Shown here: piece after piece, positions 17,701-31,200 of the stretch
Position numbering within the stretch: position 1 is the first letter of the stretch
How the letters are laid out: each line of letters starts with the position of its first letter
Assembly (NCBI GenBank): GCA_015055535.1
Contig: SVIA01000001.1
Coordinates: forward strand, 15,805 to 79,804
Direction: 5' to 3'
Origin: Clostridiales bacterium
GTDB taxonomy: Bacteria > Bacillota > Clostridia > Christensenellales > UBA1242
Length of the DNA stretch: 64,000 nt
Notes under the pieces: generated by a model
What the model saw: the letters and a program-made list of their open reading frames with translations, nothing else
What the model was told of the DNA's origin: nothing
The model's database searches: none
Translations under genes and position numbers: made by a program

Positions 17701-18320
17701 ATTTTAAGTCTTTTTTGACCTTTAGAAGTTGCCATTTCAGCTTTTAAAATACGGCATTCTTCTTCAATATTAATTTCTTTTAATAATTCTTTAATTGCTT
17801 CAGCACCCATTCCAGCTTTAAAGCTACCTGCGCCAAATTTTTCAACAGCATCACGATATTCTCTATCTGTAATAACTTGTTTTTTCTCAAAATCAGTATT
17901 ACCAGCATCTATAACAATGTAGTTAACATAGTATAAAACTGCTTCTAGATTTTTACTACTAATATCTAGACATTGACCAATTTTAGAAGGATTTATTTTA
18001 AAGAACCAAATATGAGAAACAGGAGTAGCAAGTTCAATATGCCCCATTCTTTCTCTACGAACAGAACTTACAGTTACTTCTACGCCACATTTATCACAAA
18101 TTACGCCTTTATAACGAATTCTTTTATATTTACCGCAATGACATTCATAGTCTTTTCTTGGTCCAAAAATTCTTTCACAAAATAAGCCATCTCTTTCTGG
18201 TTTTTGTGTTCTATAATTTATAGTCTCACTTTTTGTAACTTCACCATAAGACCATTCTCTAATTTTTTCTGGAGAAGCTAGACCAATTTTCATTGCATAA
18301 AAATTGCTTAATTCAAACAT
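14763..18320 (-). CDS. rpoC: DNA-directed RNA polymerase subunit beta'
   Basis: 1185 aa. Zn-finger region [23 protein letters not shown], catalytic [12 protein letters not shown], trigger-loop and bridge-helix regions collinear with bacterial beta'. Confidence 0.97.
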   Translation of the reverse strand: MFELSNFYAMKIGLASPEKIREWSYGEVTKSETINYRTQKPERDGLFCERIFGPRKDYECHCGKYKRIRYKGVICDKCGVEVTVSSVRRERMGHIELATPVSHIWFFKINPSKIGQCLDISSKNLEAVLYYVNYIVIDAGNTDFEKKQVITDREYRDAVEKFGAGSFKAGMGAEAIKELLKEINIEEECRILKAEMATSKGQKRLKIIKRYEIMESFLQSGNRPEWMILDCIPVIPPDLRPMVQLDGGRFATNDLNDLYRRVIQRNARLKKLLEIGAPDVIVRNEKRMLQESVDALFDNGKRGKPVVGGSKNRELKSITSSLKGKQGRFRLNLLGKRVDYSGRAVIIIGPELKIYQCGLPKQMALELFKPFIMKRLVEMNQTYNIKSAKRMVEREKPIVWDVLDEVIKDHPVLLNRAPTLHKLSIQAFEPVLCEGNAIKLHPLVCAGFNADFDGDQMAVHVPLGAEACAEARFLMLASNNIVKPSDGKPIVTPQQDIVLGTYFLTMVNPNAKGANRVFVDEDEALNAYLLRDINLQAPILVRRKGELNGKTYQKLVKTTVGKIIINNVVPQDLGYVDRENEETFLEYEINKIVGKDELGDIVAKVYNIHGTTPTAKFLDEIKALGYKYSTLSGITMNLFDMSIPEARQTIIAETEKLVEQNEKLYNRGLITLNEKINKNISLWEKATGDISLAVRKNLGEFNPLNIIATSKARMNPDQLKQVCGMRGILAAVGGAKIEIPVKSNYRLGLKPFEYFMSSRGGRKGLADTALKTADAGYLTRKLVDVSQSVIVNEEDCFASNNEKIKGAVVSSITVDDTLVCTLKQRIVGRVAVDDVINPNTKEVIVKSNEMITEKQADLIEACGIKSVAIRTVLTCRCKNGVCAKCYGKDMSSDKMIGIGEAVGIIAAQSVGEPGTQLTMKNFHTGGVATAVDITTGLPRVEELFEAKRPKGMAMLCEVAGKVTVNKVDKLDEVVVHSSEGDVSYLLPYGSVLKVKTGDTVVPGTPLSAGSIYPNDILRTQGVKAVQEYLINQILYAYSKNSVNINTKHLEVIIRQMLKKVMIEDQGDTEFLPSSYVDIFAFEEANDKVLREGKVPASSKRTLLGITKAALNSESFLSAASFQETPMVLTEAAIKGKVDKLEGLKENVIIGKLIPAGTGNFNHVNVYPKFNNKEIVNTDSDVTNLD

Positions 18321-18360
18321 TTAATTTACCTCTTAATAAAATTTTGTAGAAAGATTAATT

Positions 18361-21300
18361 TTAGTCATCAAAGTCATCAAATAGACTAGATTCATCAAAT
18401 TCTTCTTCACTAACTGCTTGTTCTTCTTCGATACTTGAAAGATTAAATACATCTTCATCAATATCTAGTTCTTTTAATTCTTCTTCAACATTACTTGAAA
18501 TATTTGTGTTAATTTCGCTTGGAGCAATATCATTAACATTAATTTCTTTATTGTTTTCAGTTAGAATTTTAACATCTAAACCAATACTTTGTAATTCTTT
18601 AACTAAAACTTTAAAGCCTTCTGGAACACCTGGTTCTGGAATTGGTTCACCTTTTACTATACTTTCATAAGCTTTAGTTCTTCCAATGTAATCGTCTGAT
18701 TTTACAGTAAGCATTTCTTGAAGTAAGTGGCTTGCGCCATAAGCTTCTAACGCCCAAACTTCCATTTCACCAAATCTTTGTCCACCGAACATAGCTTTAC
18801 CACCAAGTGGTTGACGAGTAACTAATGCATAAGAACCTATACTTCTTGCGTGAATTTTAGTTTCACTCATGTGTTCTAGTTTAATCATATACATTGTACC
18901 AACTGTAACTTTGTTTTCAAATGGTTCACCAGTTCTACCATCGTATAATTGGAATTTACCATCTTCAGGAAGTTTGTTTTGTATTAACATTTCTTGAATG
19001 TCTTTTTCTGTTGCCCCATTAAAGTTAGGAGTAGCAACTTTCCAACCAAGAGTTTTAGCAATTAAACCCAAGTGAACTTCTAGTATTTGTCCAATGTTCA
19101 TACGAGAAGGAACGCCTAGTGGATTTAATACAATATCTACTGGTTGACCGTTTGCCATAAATGGCATATCAGCTTCTGGTAAAACTCTAGATACAACACC
19201 TTTGTTACCATGACGACCTGCCATTTTATCACCAACAGAGATTTTTCTCTTTTTAGCAATAAATACTTTAACTAAAGTGTTAACGCCTGGATCAAGTTCA
19301 TCTTTATTTTTTCTGCTAAATACTTGAACATCTACAACAATACCGCCGCTACCATGTGGAACTTTTAAGCTGTTATCTCTAACTTCTCTTGCTTTTTCAC
19401 CAAAGATAGCACGAAGTAGTCTTTCTTCTGGAGTAAGTTCAGTTTCACCTTTTGGTGTTACTTTACCAACTAGGTAATCACCACTTCTAACTTCACTACC
19501 AATTCTAACAATACCATTTTCATCTAAGTTTCTTAACATTTCTTCTGAAACATTAGGGATATCTCTTGTGATTTCTTCATCACCAAGTTTAGTACTTCTT
19601 GCTGCACATTCTTCTTCTTTTAAAGCAATTGAAGTAAATGTGTCTTCTTTAACAAGTTTTTCACTAATTAAAATTGCGTCTTCGTAGTTGTAACCTTCCC
19701 AGTTCATAAATGCGATTGTTACATTTTTACCAAGAGCAAGTTCACCGTTTTGAGTAGAATAACCATCTGCTAAAACATCGTTAGGTTTAACCATTTCACC
19801 TTTTTTAACAATAGGTTTTTGATTATAACAAGTTTCTTTGTTTGTTTTTCTAAATTTCTTTAATTCGTAAGTTCTATATCCGCCAGCATTTTCTTTAACA
19901 ATAACTTTGTTAGCATCTACATAACTTACAACACCTTCGTTTTCACACAATACCATTGCGCCACTATCCATAGCAATACTGTGTTCTATACCAGTACCAA
20001 CAATTGGAGAATCTGCTTTTAGTAGAGGAACTGCTTGACGTTGCATGTTTGAACCAGTTAGGGCACGAACTGTATCGTCGTTTTCTAGGAAAGGAATTAA
20101 AGATGTAATAGCTGAAATAAATTGACGAGGAGAAATATCCATATAATCTACTTGTTTTGGAGCAAGTTCATATAGTATTCCTTTTCTTCTACAAAGAATT
20201 TTATCGTTTAATAATTTTCCATTTTCGTCAGTAGGTTCTACTGCTTGACAAATATAATATTTTTCTTCTTCACCAGCTTGCATATAAACAATATCGTTTT
20301 CTACACATCCAGTTTCTTTATTAATTTTTCTATATCCAGTTTCTATAAAACCATATTCATTAATTTTTGCATAAGCAGCTAGACCATTAATTAACCCAAT
20401 ACCGTTACCTTCTGGAGTTTCAATAGCACAAATTCTACCATAGTGAGAATAGTGAACGTCACGAACTTCTGCCCCTGCTCTTTCTTTTTTAATACCACCA
20501 GGACCAACTGCTGAAATTCTTCTTTTGTTAGTTAAAGTTGTAACAGGGTTAAAGTCTTCAGCAAATTGACATAATTGGCTTGATGAAACAAAGTCTTTTA
20601 AGAATTTATTTACAAAACGTGCGCTAACTAAAGTGTTTGGTGTACATTCGCTTAAATCATGAGATTGCATACTTTCTCTTACGCTATCTTTTAATTTGTT
20701 AACACCTTTTCTAAATTCGTTGCACATTAATTCGCCAACGCTAGCAATTCTTCTATTTTCCAAATGGTCAATATTATCTACAGTACCTAAACCATTATTT
20801 AAATCTATAATATAACTGATAGTAGCTAATAAATCTTCTAAAGTTAAATGTGTTGTAATTAACTCTTTAGCATTTTGTTTAATGGCTTGCATTCTTTTTT
20901 CTTTAGTTTTATTTTCAGCTAGTATTCTTTTTAATAATGGATAATAAACTAATTCGTTAATTCCCAAATCCTCTTCAATACAAGGGAACACTTTGCTTAA
21001 TTTAACTCTTGCGTTACCAATAATTTTATGTGGGTTACCTTCATTTAAAATATAAACTTCATTAATTCCACTATCTTGAATATCATAAGCTATTTCTTTA
21101 GAAATAACTTCGCCTTTTTTTACAACTACTTCATCGTTAATTTTAATGTTTTCAGCACTAACTTGACCAGCAATTCTTCCAGCTAGACCTAATTTTTTAT
21201 TGTATTTATATCTACCAACTCTGCTAAAGTTATAGTAAGCGTTACTAAAGAAAGTATCATGTAAATATTGTCTTGTAGCTTCAGCATCTGGAACTTCACT

Positions 21301-22035
21301 AGGACGAGTCTTTTTAGCAATTTCAATTAAGCTATCTTCTTCAGTTTCTTGTGGTTCTTTTTCTAAAGTATTAGCAACTAATTTATTGTTATCAAAAATA
21401 TTTAAAATTTCTTCTTTACTTAATCCACAAGCCTTTAGAAAAACACCTGCACTTACTTTGCTAGATGCATTAATAATAAATCTTAAAGTTTCTTGTGCAG
21501 TTTGATCAATTGATAATCTTGTTCCACGAGGACTAAAAAGATTGGCAACAACAATTTGTTTACCGGCTTTATCAAATTCACTAGAAAAATAAACAGAAGG
21601 TGATTTTACAATTTGGCTGATTACAATTTTTTCAACACCGTTTGCAATAAAATAGCCTTGTTCACTCATAATAGGAATATCACCAAGATACACTTCTTGT
21701 TCAATTACTTCTCCACTTTCTTTTAAAACAAGTCTTGCTTTAACTTTTAATGGCATAGTGTAACTAAGTCTACTTTTTCTACAATCTTCTTCAGTATGTT
21801 TTGTGTTTGGTTCTAATTTGTGTTCAAGAAAATAAAGTTCAGCTTTATCAGAATAGTCAACAATAGGAGAAACTTCTTCTAAAACCTCCTTTATTCCTTC
21901 TGATAAAAATTGTTTGTAAGGTTCTTTTTGAACTTGTAGTAAATATGGTAGTGGTGCATTTTCTTCTACTTTAGCAAAACTATAACGCTCTGCTTTACCA
22001 TAATTTACTTTTTTAACTTTAGGTTTTTCTTGCAT
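18361..22035 (-). CDS. rpoB: DNA-directed RNA polymerase subunit beta
   Basis: 1224 aa. Rif-cluster region QLCQFAEDFNPVTTLTNKRRISAVGPGG, GRHGNKGVVS, MNIGQILE, and an acidic C-terminal tail. AGGAGAAAGG SD upstream. Confidence 0.97.
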   Translation of the reverse strand: MQEKPKVKKVNYGKAERYSFAKVEENAPLPYLLQVQKEPYKQFLSEGIKEVLEEVSPIVDYSDKAELYFLEHKLEPNTKHTEEDCRKSRLSYTMPLKVKARLVLKESGEVIEQEVYLGDIPIMSEQGYFIANGVEKIVISQIVKSPSVYFSSEFDKAGKQIVVANLFSPRGTRLSIDQTAQETLRFIINASSKVSAGVFLKACGLSKEEILNIFDNNKLVANTLEKEPQETEEDSLIEIAKKTRPSEVPDAEATRQYLHDTFFSNAYYNFSRVGRYKYNKKLGLAGRIAGQVSAENIKINDEVVVKKGEVISKEIAYDIQDSGINEVYILNEGNPHKIIGNARVKLSKVFPCIEEDLGINELVYYPLLKRILAENKTKEKRMQAIKQNAKELITTHLTLEDLLATISYIIDLNNGLGTVDNIDHLENRRIASVGELMCNEFRKGVNKLKDSVRESMQSHDLSECTPNTLVSARFVNKFLKDFVSSSQLCQFAEDFNPVTTLTNKRRISAVGPGGIKKERAGAEVRDVHYSHYGRICAIETPEGNGIGLINGLAAYAKINEYGFIETGYRKINKETGCVENDIVYMQAGEEEKYYICQAVEPTDENGKLLNDKILCRRKGILYELAPKQVDYMDISPRQFISAITSLIPFLENDDTVRALTGSNMQRQAVPLLKADSPIVGTGIEHSIAMDSGAMVLCENEGVVSYVDANKVIVKENAGGYRTYELKKFRKTNKETCYNQKPIVKKGEMVKPNDVLADGYSTQNGELALGKNVTIAFMNWEGYNYEDAILISEKLVKEDTFTSIALKEEECAARSTKLGDEEITRDIPNVSEEMLRNLDENGIVRIGSEVRSGDYLVGKVTPKGETELTPEERLLRAIFGEKAREVRDNSLKVPHGSGGIVVDVQVFSRKNKDELDPGVNTLVKVFIAKKRKISVGDKMAGRHGNKGVVSRVLPEADMPFMANGQPVDIVLNPLGVPSRMNIGQILEVHLGLIAKTLGWKVATPNFNGATEKDIQEMLIQNKLPEDGKFQLYDGRTGEPFENKVTVGTMYMIKLEHMSETKIHARSIGSYALVTRQPLGGKAMFGGQRFGEMEVWALEAYGASHLLQEMLTVKSDDYIGRTKAYESIVKGEPIPEPGVPEGFKVLVKELQSIGLDVKILTENNKEINVNDIAPSEINTNISSNVEEELKELDIDEDVFNLSSIEEEQAVSEEEFDESSLFDDFDD

Positions 22036-22144
22036 TAAATTTCCTTTCTCCTTAAAAAATATTTAGTTATTTAACGAATTTTGACGCCAAAAACATTCAT
22101 TCTTTTTGGAGCGCGACAAAAAATCGCTACTTTTAGCTCATACT

Positions 22145-22173
22145 ATATTATCACACAAAAATCAAGATGTCAA
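22145..22173 (-). promoter_or_regulatory. rpoBC promoter
   Basis: Minus strand TTGACA (22168-22173), 17 nt, TAATAT (22145-22150) with a TGn extension. It lies between the giant-operon terminator and rpoB. Confidence 0.5.
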
Positions 22174-22240
22174 TGATTTTAAAAATTTTTTTAAAATTTC
22201 TTGACAAAATACTTAATTTTATGCTTTGTTTTTAATTTAT

Positions 22241-22272
22241 AAAAAACCAAGCACATTTTTGCTTGGTTTTTT
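22241..22272 (-). terminator. rho-independent terminator of the giant-lipoprotein operon
   Basis: 9-bp stem AAACCAAGC/GCTTGGTTT (22244-22252 / 22261-22269), followed on the minus strand by T6. It starts 10 nt after the stop at 22282. Confidence 0.65.
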
Positions 22273-22281
22273 ATTTTAAAT

Positions 22282-25200
22282 TTAATAAACATTTGGATAA
22301 ACATTAACTCCATTATTATTAGTTTCATTATCCACGCTATAAATTAAGTAATCATAATCATTACTATAAACAATTTCCGCCACAGAAGAACCGGCATCTT
22401 TATAACCTACAGTATGACCAATATAATTTTTACAACCATTATTAGTAGCATTTGTTACTATTAATGTTAGAGGATAAGTTACACTATTGTCTACACTATA
22501 TATAATAGTCTTTTCTGCACCACTATTTATTTTATAATTTGTTATTTGATAATTTTTACAATTATTAATAGCAGCTTTATTTAAATTTGCTCCAGCAATA
22601 AATGCTGCATAAATTTTAATGTTTGTTGTAGAAGTTAAATTAGTAATTCCTTGTTCTATATCTTGTACCGCAAAATCAATTATCGCGTAATTGCTACAAC
22701 CAATTATTCTAGTATTAGAAGTTCCTATGTTAACTCCAGCAATTCCTCCAACATAACTTAATGCATTAATAGCACTAGTTTGAGTATCAATTAATTGTTT
22801 TAATCTTCCAACAACACCACCATATACATTACAATTTGCAATGTAACCTTGATTTAGACCAGCAATTATACCTGTATACTGAACATTTTTACCATAATTT
22901 ATTACAAAGTTAGCCACAATATTAACGTTACTTATAATACCTTTTGTACCCACAACTCCAAATAAGCCAAAGTAGTTTGAAGTACTATATTTTTGAATAT
23001 CATTAATATATGTTAAACCGTTTATAAAATTATTGTTTCCGTTAAATGTTCCGTTAAAGTTATAAATATCATTTCCAAGAGATTTTATTTCTTTTCCAGT
23101 TGCTTCAATGTTATCTGTTAAATTAACAAATATTTGATTATTTCCAGTTTCAACAACTTCAGCTAGGTCATTTAAAGCCATAACAGAATCTACAAGATAA
23201 GGATTTGCAAACGTGCCTTCTCCTTCTAATTTTTTAACGTTTATATTATTAGTAGATTTTAATGTTGGAATTTTAGAATAATCTAAATTTGTGGCCGACA
23301 CATAAGCATTGCTTATATTATCAAATATATTAGAACTAAAACGTGTAAATGGATTAATTAATGTCTTTCCAATTCGTTTTGCACAAGAATTTTCATCATT
23401 TTTCCTTTCAAAACCAAAATCTTCAAACACATTACAAGCATAATAGCCATAGTCATAAATATAACGTTCTTTAGTTTCATAAACCATTTTTCCGTTTGCA
23501 TCGTAAACAATTTCACCACCTAAAGCTGTAAATTGAGTTTTATATGCATTATAAATCATATCCCCAGTATTAGCTATTTCAGGTTCTTCCCATGTTATTT
23601 TATGAGTTATATAATAGTTATTTTCCATAATATAACTTATTTTATGAGCAATTTCAACACTGCCGCCGCTTGATTGAATTGTGTTTTGAACTGCACCAAA
23701 CATAGCTCCAATGTATTTTTCATTTTTTAAACTATCTTCTCTAAATTGATTTAATGCAATAGCATTAGCTATATACATTACATTGTTTTCTTTGATAGTT
23801 ACCTCATCTCCATCAGGAAGAACAATTTTCTTTTGTTCATTAATTGACATGCTACATAAATTGCTTTTTATACCAGCTTGACCAACAATACCACCAATTT
23901 TTAAACTTGAATATACATTGTTAATTGCAATAACGCTACTAATGCTTCCGCCAACAGCAAGACCAACAACGCCACCCGCAATAGTTGTTTCTGCATGTTT
24001 AGAAATTGTAGAAACTCTTGCAATACTATTAACAATTGTTCCATTGTTATTAAATCCAACAATACCACCTATAATGTAAACTCGATTTTTAAAAATTGTT
24101 AATTCTTGATCTTCTTCTTCGCTATATAATGTTTCAGCTCTAGAAATATAACCACGGTTTTCACCTACTACAATTCCTGCTGCGTATGTAGAATTTAAAT
24201 AACTTGAAGAATCAGCATAAACTTTAACATTATCTACACCACTATCTTCACAAATTAAACCAAAACCAAGTCCCACAAATTGTCCAATAGTTTTAACACC
24301 ACTATTTACAACTATGTTTCTAATATTTTCGTTTTTATCATCTGACGAATCTACATTTACTACACCACAAATACCACCGGCATAATTAATTAAAGTATTG
24401 TTTAGTTTTCCATCATTTTCAGGCAATACATAATCACCATCTATATAAATTCTATTTTCATTACTCAACACGTCAACAAAGTTTGCGTTAACCGAAATAT
24501 CAGAATTGATGTTAATTATTTTAGAATTTCCAAGAACTTCACCAACAACACCACCAACTATATTTTTACCTTGAACAATAATATTTTTAGCATTGATAGT
24601 AATATTTATAATATCCGCATTATAAATACTACCAGCAATTGTTCCAACCTTTTGAACATTATTAGCATAAACTTCTAAAGGTTCTAAAATTAAATTTTTA
24701 ACAACTGGTCTTACACTTCCTTGTTGTTTAATTTCACTAAATAATCCAAAGCTTGATTTATCAAAATCAGATGACGCAGAAATAGAAATACCCGAAATTG
24801 TAAGTCCGTTGCCATCTAATCTGCCACTAAATACGTATTTACTTGTAGGTAAATTACTATAAGCGCTAAAATTAATATTATTTATTAATCTATAAAAATA
24901 ATTATTAGTTTTTAAACTTGATGTAAAGTAAGCTAAAAATTCTTCTTCACTAGAAATGATAGTTGGATTTTTTTCATGACCAGCGTAGTATTTGTCATAT
25001 TTATAAGTATAAACCGCACTTCCAGAAGAATCTACATAAGAATTGAAAAGTGATCGCACACTTTCTGCAATATCATTAGCAGAAATCAATGTTGGTGTTA
25101 GTGTTTCATCTCTAAACATCCAAATACCAGTGTCATCAAAAACAAAGTTGGTTAAATAATATTCATTATTAAATTGTTTTAAAGTTAAGCCTGTAACCAA

Positions 25201-28200
25201 ATTGTCATTAATTGTGCTCTTATCTGTATTTAAATAGAAACAATCTTTTATTTGTTTTTTCATTTCTATTTCATTAATTTCAACTTTAATTGCAATAAAT
25301 GGTGCATGGGCTTCACTATTTTCATTTTCATTTTTATTTGCAGCATAACATCTTGTTATTGTCCCTGAGTTACTATAAACAAATCCTCCCGAGAAACTTT
25401 GACTTGTTATACTTAAGTTCGCATAACAATCTTCAATGTTTCCAGAGTTTTCAAAAACAAATCCGCCAACACTAGTAGGAGCTGTAATACAATAATTAGA
25501 TAAATCTTGATTTGATAATAATCTTCCTCCATCTACATTATTGCTTTCACCTTCTACATAGCTATATTTAATATCTCCCTCATTTACATTTACAAAACCA
25601 GCAGTTGTACTTGTAGTTTCGTCTTCACCAAGATTTGTAATAATTGCATTTTTTAAATAGCTAGAAGTTATTGTTCCACTATTATAGGCTACAAAACCAG
25701 ACAAATAACCTTTATTTGTTCTTAATTTTAATTCACTTCTAGAATTAGAAATAATACCATTGTTTTGAGCTATTAAAGAAGCAATGTAAGCTTTTGTTTG
25801 TAATCCTTCAATAATATTACTAACATTAATACTTAAAACATCTTCATTTCCATTTACTATAAATTTTTCAACGCTACAATTATAAACTAAACCATTGTTT
25901 TTAGCTGCTAAAGCACCAAAATATAATGTTTTAATATTTGATAATTTAATTGTAGTGTAACCACCACTATTTTCAACTAAATCGTTTGTAGTTAAATCTA
26001 ATTTGATATTTAAATTTTTAATTAAAGCATCTTCAGTTATTACATCAAATAATCCAAAATTGAACTCTTCTTTTGTGTTAGATAAATCAACATTAAAGCT
26101 TTTTATAGTTATAGTTTTTCCATTACCATCAAAACTATTGAAGTTAGCTTCTTTTATAGCATAATCTTCTAAAACTAAATCATTCATTAAAATGTAGTTA
26201 GATTTAGCTTTCATATCTAAAAATTCTTCCACAGTATAAACTGGAACAGGGTTATTAATGTCTGTTTGTAAATAGAAATTTAATCCAAATTTTTGTTCAA
26301 AATTTGTATAACAAACACCATCTTTAATATATAAAGAATTTGTTATATTTTCTATTGGTTGAGTGTTAACCCAAGTTTTAAATTCACCATTATCTAGTTT
26401 ATAAGAAATTGCAAATTTACTTGCTAAATTTTCACCTTTAAATATTGTTTTTGGACTAATATTAAAGTAACCATTATTTCTAGAAATAATAAAATTATTA
26501 TAATTATTAACTGCTAATTTTTCATTATTATTAAACCAATAATTTGCTTTTGTTTGAACGTTTGTATCGCAAGAACCTGCAATTTCAGCTTCTAAATCTT
26601 TTATTTTATTTAATACATCACTGTGTCCATTATTAATAGTTTCTAATTTTACTTTTAAGTCATAATCCAATCCATAAGGTTTTGTAAAGTAATTATTATC
26701 AACATCTTCAACAGCAACATTTGTCACAACAAATTCTACTACATTTAGTTTTAACGTATTAGATAAATATTTTTCTTTTTTATTATTAACAAGTTTATCA
26801 ATTTCAAAATAAACTTCAAAACTTTCATTATTATTAATTAGATTTTCTATAACATATTTATAAACTGTAATATCTTCAGAAACAACAGTTTTACTAATTA
26901 ATGCTAATGAAGATGATAAATTATTAACAATTTTAGGAATTGGAATATAATTGTTTAATTTATATGTTGTTAAAGTAATAATTTGTTCGTCTTTAGCACC
27001 TCTTGCATATACACCTTCTAAAATTCCACTTGAATTTAATGTAGCATTATCAAATGAAATATCAAGATTTGTAGTAAGTTTACTTGTTAAAACTTTTTCG
27101 TAATAATAATCTGAATTATTAATATTAACTCTTAAGTTAAATTCACTATTTTCATTAATAGGACTATCAGTTAATAGTTTTAAATATAAGTATGAACCAT
27201 CTATATAATCTTTATTTATATCAAGTTTTATAGTTTTACCAGATATTTCACTAGTATTAACATCTTCATAACCCAAAAACGATTTTTTAACTTGCTTAAA
27301 GTTTAAGTTATAGTTATCATTATTTGAATAACTAACTGTTAAACTTTGCAAGTTTTCTATAGGGTAAATATTTAGTTTAAGAATTCCTATTTTACCAATT
27401 TTTATAAAATTACTTTCAAGTTCAGCAACGTTTATAATATCATTACCGAATTCATCTTTTGTTAATTCGCCGTCTGCAAAATAAGATATGTCTAAGTTAA
27501 TAAAATTATTATTATCTACATAAATAGTTAATGTTTTAATGTGTTTTGAATATTCTTCTACATTATTTTTTATTTGATCAATTGTTACAAAACTATCGTA
27601 TATAAAGAATTTTAATGTTACTTTTTCTACAGTTGTATCTTTTACAGAAGCTTTAAAATGATAAATTATGCCATTTGTTGTATAAGTTTTATCAGATTTT
27701 AAATTTAAAAATTCGCCTTCAGTATTTTTTTCATCATATTGTTCAACAACAAACATAGTATATTCTTTCAATCCGGTTTGAACTTCTAATGTAAAATCTA
27801 ATCCAGAATTTGGAACTAAAGTTCCTTCATAAACACTTAAATTTGCTTCTTTTAGTCCTTCACTAACAATTATATTAAAATTATAAGATAAGTAATCTAT
27901 TTTACAATATCTATCGTTAATTTTAACAAAAACATTTATTGTAACATTTGTTGTTCCACTACTTAACGCTCTTACAACTTGAGCATTTACTGATTTATAG
28001 TAATCAGTGCTTGTTTTTCCATCGTTAATGGCAATATAATCTCCATCAAAAACATATTGAAGATAAATGTCATCTTGTTTTAACGCAGTGTTTAAATATA
28101 TATTATGAGTAGTATCTTTTTCAATTAAAAGAGTTTTTGTTATTTCTGATTTAGATAAACTATCTTTAAACAATTGTACTCTTTCTATTGCGTCTAATAC

Positions 28201-31200
28201 TTTAATAGTAATGGTTTCTTCAGCTTTTCTATTTAATAAACTATAAATATGAATTTGAGCAACTCCAGGTTTACGTACAGTTATTACACCATTACTATCT
28301 ATATTTAAAACATCTTTGTTTAAACTTTCCAATTGAATCATACTTAATTGTTGATTTTCTTCACTATTACCAGGATAGTTAGATGTAATTGAGAAAATAT
28401 AACTTTGTAAGTAATTATTGTAATTAGCTAAATTTAAATCATAATAATACAAAACTACTAACTTTTCATCTGCAACACTAGCATTAATAAATTTGTTAAA
28501 GCCAAAATCAGCATTTACTAGTGTTGTATCGTTAATATCAACGGTAATAGATTCTGGAGCAACAATTCCAACCCCAACTGCTGAACCTTGATAGGTATTA
28601 CTTGCTTTATTTAATTTGAAGTTAGCCACATTATTTTTTACTATTGCAATATTTGTATAGCCATCTCCACAATAAATGCCGCCAAAATTATCACCATTAC
28701 AAACAACGTCAGAAAGTGAAATATTTTCTTTGGTTTCAGATACAAAACTTGTAACAAAGTTGTTTTCTAGTGTAATTGAACAAGCGCTTCCAATTAAACC
28801 TGCAACAAAATCTTCACCATAAATTTTTACATTATTTGTATTATCATCTAAAAATACCACCGCATTATTTATAATTTCACCAACAGCACCTGTTTGATTT
28901 CCTATTAAACCACCAACGTTATTGTTTGCTTTTAAAGTAGAGGCTGTAAAACAAGAATATATATTTCCTTTATTTATTCCAGCCACACCACCTACATTAC
29001 TATAAGCTAACACTTGGCCATAAGTAGACAAACCAACTTTATTAGTTTTATCGCCAATTGTACCACTATTTAATCCAACTATTAAACCAAAGGCACAACT
29101 GTTATTTAAGTATAATAAATCATTATCTAAAACACTAGAAAGTGTTGCTGTAACATTAATTTTATCTTTATTAAATACTTCGTTATCACCGCTATAAATA
29201 TTAAAATTATCTACTATGCTTCCAATGTTTTCACCAACTAAGCCCCCAACTAAAATTTTAAGCTTAGTGTTTAATGTTAAATTGTTTGATTTTTGATATT
29301 TACTAAAGCCATCTAGAACATTTAAATTTCCACTAGCTTTACAACTTTCAATAATAGCATCTTTCGTATTTATTCCGGCTATTAATCCAATGTTATTAGC
29401 TTTGTTTTCGTTTCCTAAATATGTAGTGATAGTGCCAGAATATACATTTACTTGACAAGATGAAATTGTTCCGCTATTTATTCCTGCAATTGCACCGAAA
29501 TAAAAACTATAATTTTTATTCATTGAATTTTCTTTAATAGAAGTTATTTCATCTGAATTTACACTTAAAACAGCATCTATTTTAGAATAATATACATTTA
29601 AACCAGTAATTTGTCCTTTGTTGTGAGCAAATAAACCTAAATAATATTCATATTCATTTGATAAATTATTTAAATTTTTAACTTCTCCAAAGTCATTAAC
29701 AATATTTAATCCAGAAATTGTATATTGTTTTTCTATATTTCCTACAGTAAATTTACCACTAAAACTTCCTGTAAAATCTACTTTTTTGTATTGAGTTATT
29801 CCATTATTATTTACAGCATAAACACCAATTGGGAATATGTTTTCACCAGTCATATCAATATCACTAGTTAAAATATATTTTTTTGAATATCTATCTGCAT
29901 GATTACTATCTTCAACAATATTGGTTGAACAAAGTTGCAATAATTCTTCTTTAGTGCTTATTTTATAAGGTATTGTTTCACCATCTGCAACAATTACTTT
30001 TATTTTTCTAGCACAATTTTCCTTATAATCTGTTTCACTAATAAAACTAGCTGTTGGAACTAAAATTAATTCGCATTCGCCCGCCTTTACAGGAGTTACC
30101 TTGCCAGTTTCTTGATTAAATAAAATTGGGTCTTCTCCTATTGGATTTGTTTTTATAATAACTTTATAATTTGTATTATAACTGTTTAGAGGATAAACTC
30201 TTGGATTTAATTCAATTTCTGAAGTTTGTCCTAAATTAAAGTATAAATAATCTTGCTTAACTCCATCTTCTTCAATTTTATTTATATTATCTAAAAGTAT
30301 TGTTTCTGGACTTTGTGGTTTTGTAACTTTAATAGTTACTTTTCTAGTATAAATAATATCAAACTCGTAAATAGTAAATGTTATTGTACCAGTTGTTGTT
30401 ACTGTTTGATTTTTTAAATCTTTAGCAATAACATTTAAAACATATTTATCAGTTATAACAGCATTAGTTTCAATGTCAGCATCTGTTACAAAATTTGCAT
30501 GATATTGTATTTTATTATAATCAACCTTACTTGCATTTGTTGGATTTATAATTACTTCTATACTTGCTTTACTTAAATCTTTATCGCCAAATCCCAAGCT
30601 ACTTTCTGCATATAACGAAACATATGTTTCACTTAAAGTAATTGTTTTAACAGGAATATAAACTGAAACTTTAAAACTTAAAGAATGCTCTATTACTTTT
30701 CCACTTTCATTTTTTGCTGAAATTTTAGCTATAACAGTAACATCTTGACTAGTTTCTTGTAATGCCGAAACTTTGTTATCTACGTTACTAACAATAATGT
30801 TGTTGTTATTATTAACTAATTCATAATTTACAGTATAAATATTTTTATCTAAAATAAGATTATTATTTTTATCATACGCTTTCAAAACTAATTGCGCTTT
30901 TTCGTATACTTTTAAAGCAAAACTAGAAAGAATACCATCTTCATATACAATTTGACCCAAATAATTGTTTTTGGTAATTTCATCAACATCAATTTTAAAA
31001 CTTTCTACTGGAGTAAATACAGATACTTCGATTTCTTTAGTATATCCATTTTCAAAGTTTAAAGTTACTTTTGTTTTTCCTGTAGTTAAAGCTTTTAATG
31101 TAAATGTTTTGTTTTCATAATTAGTATTTAATAAACTTACTATATTTTCATTTTCAACAGTAACACTATATCTTGGAATATAAATATCATCTTGACTAAA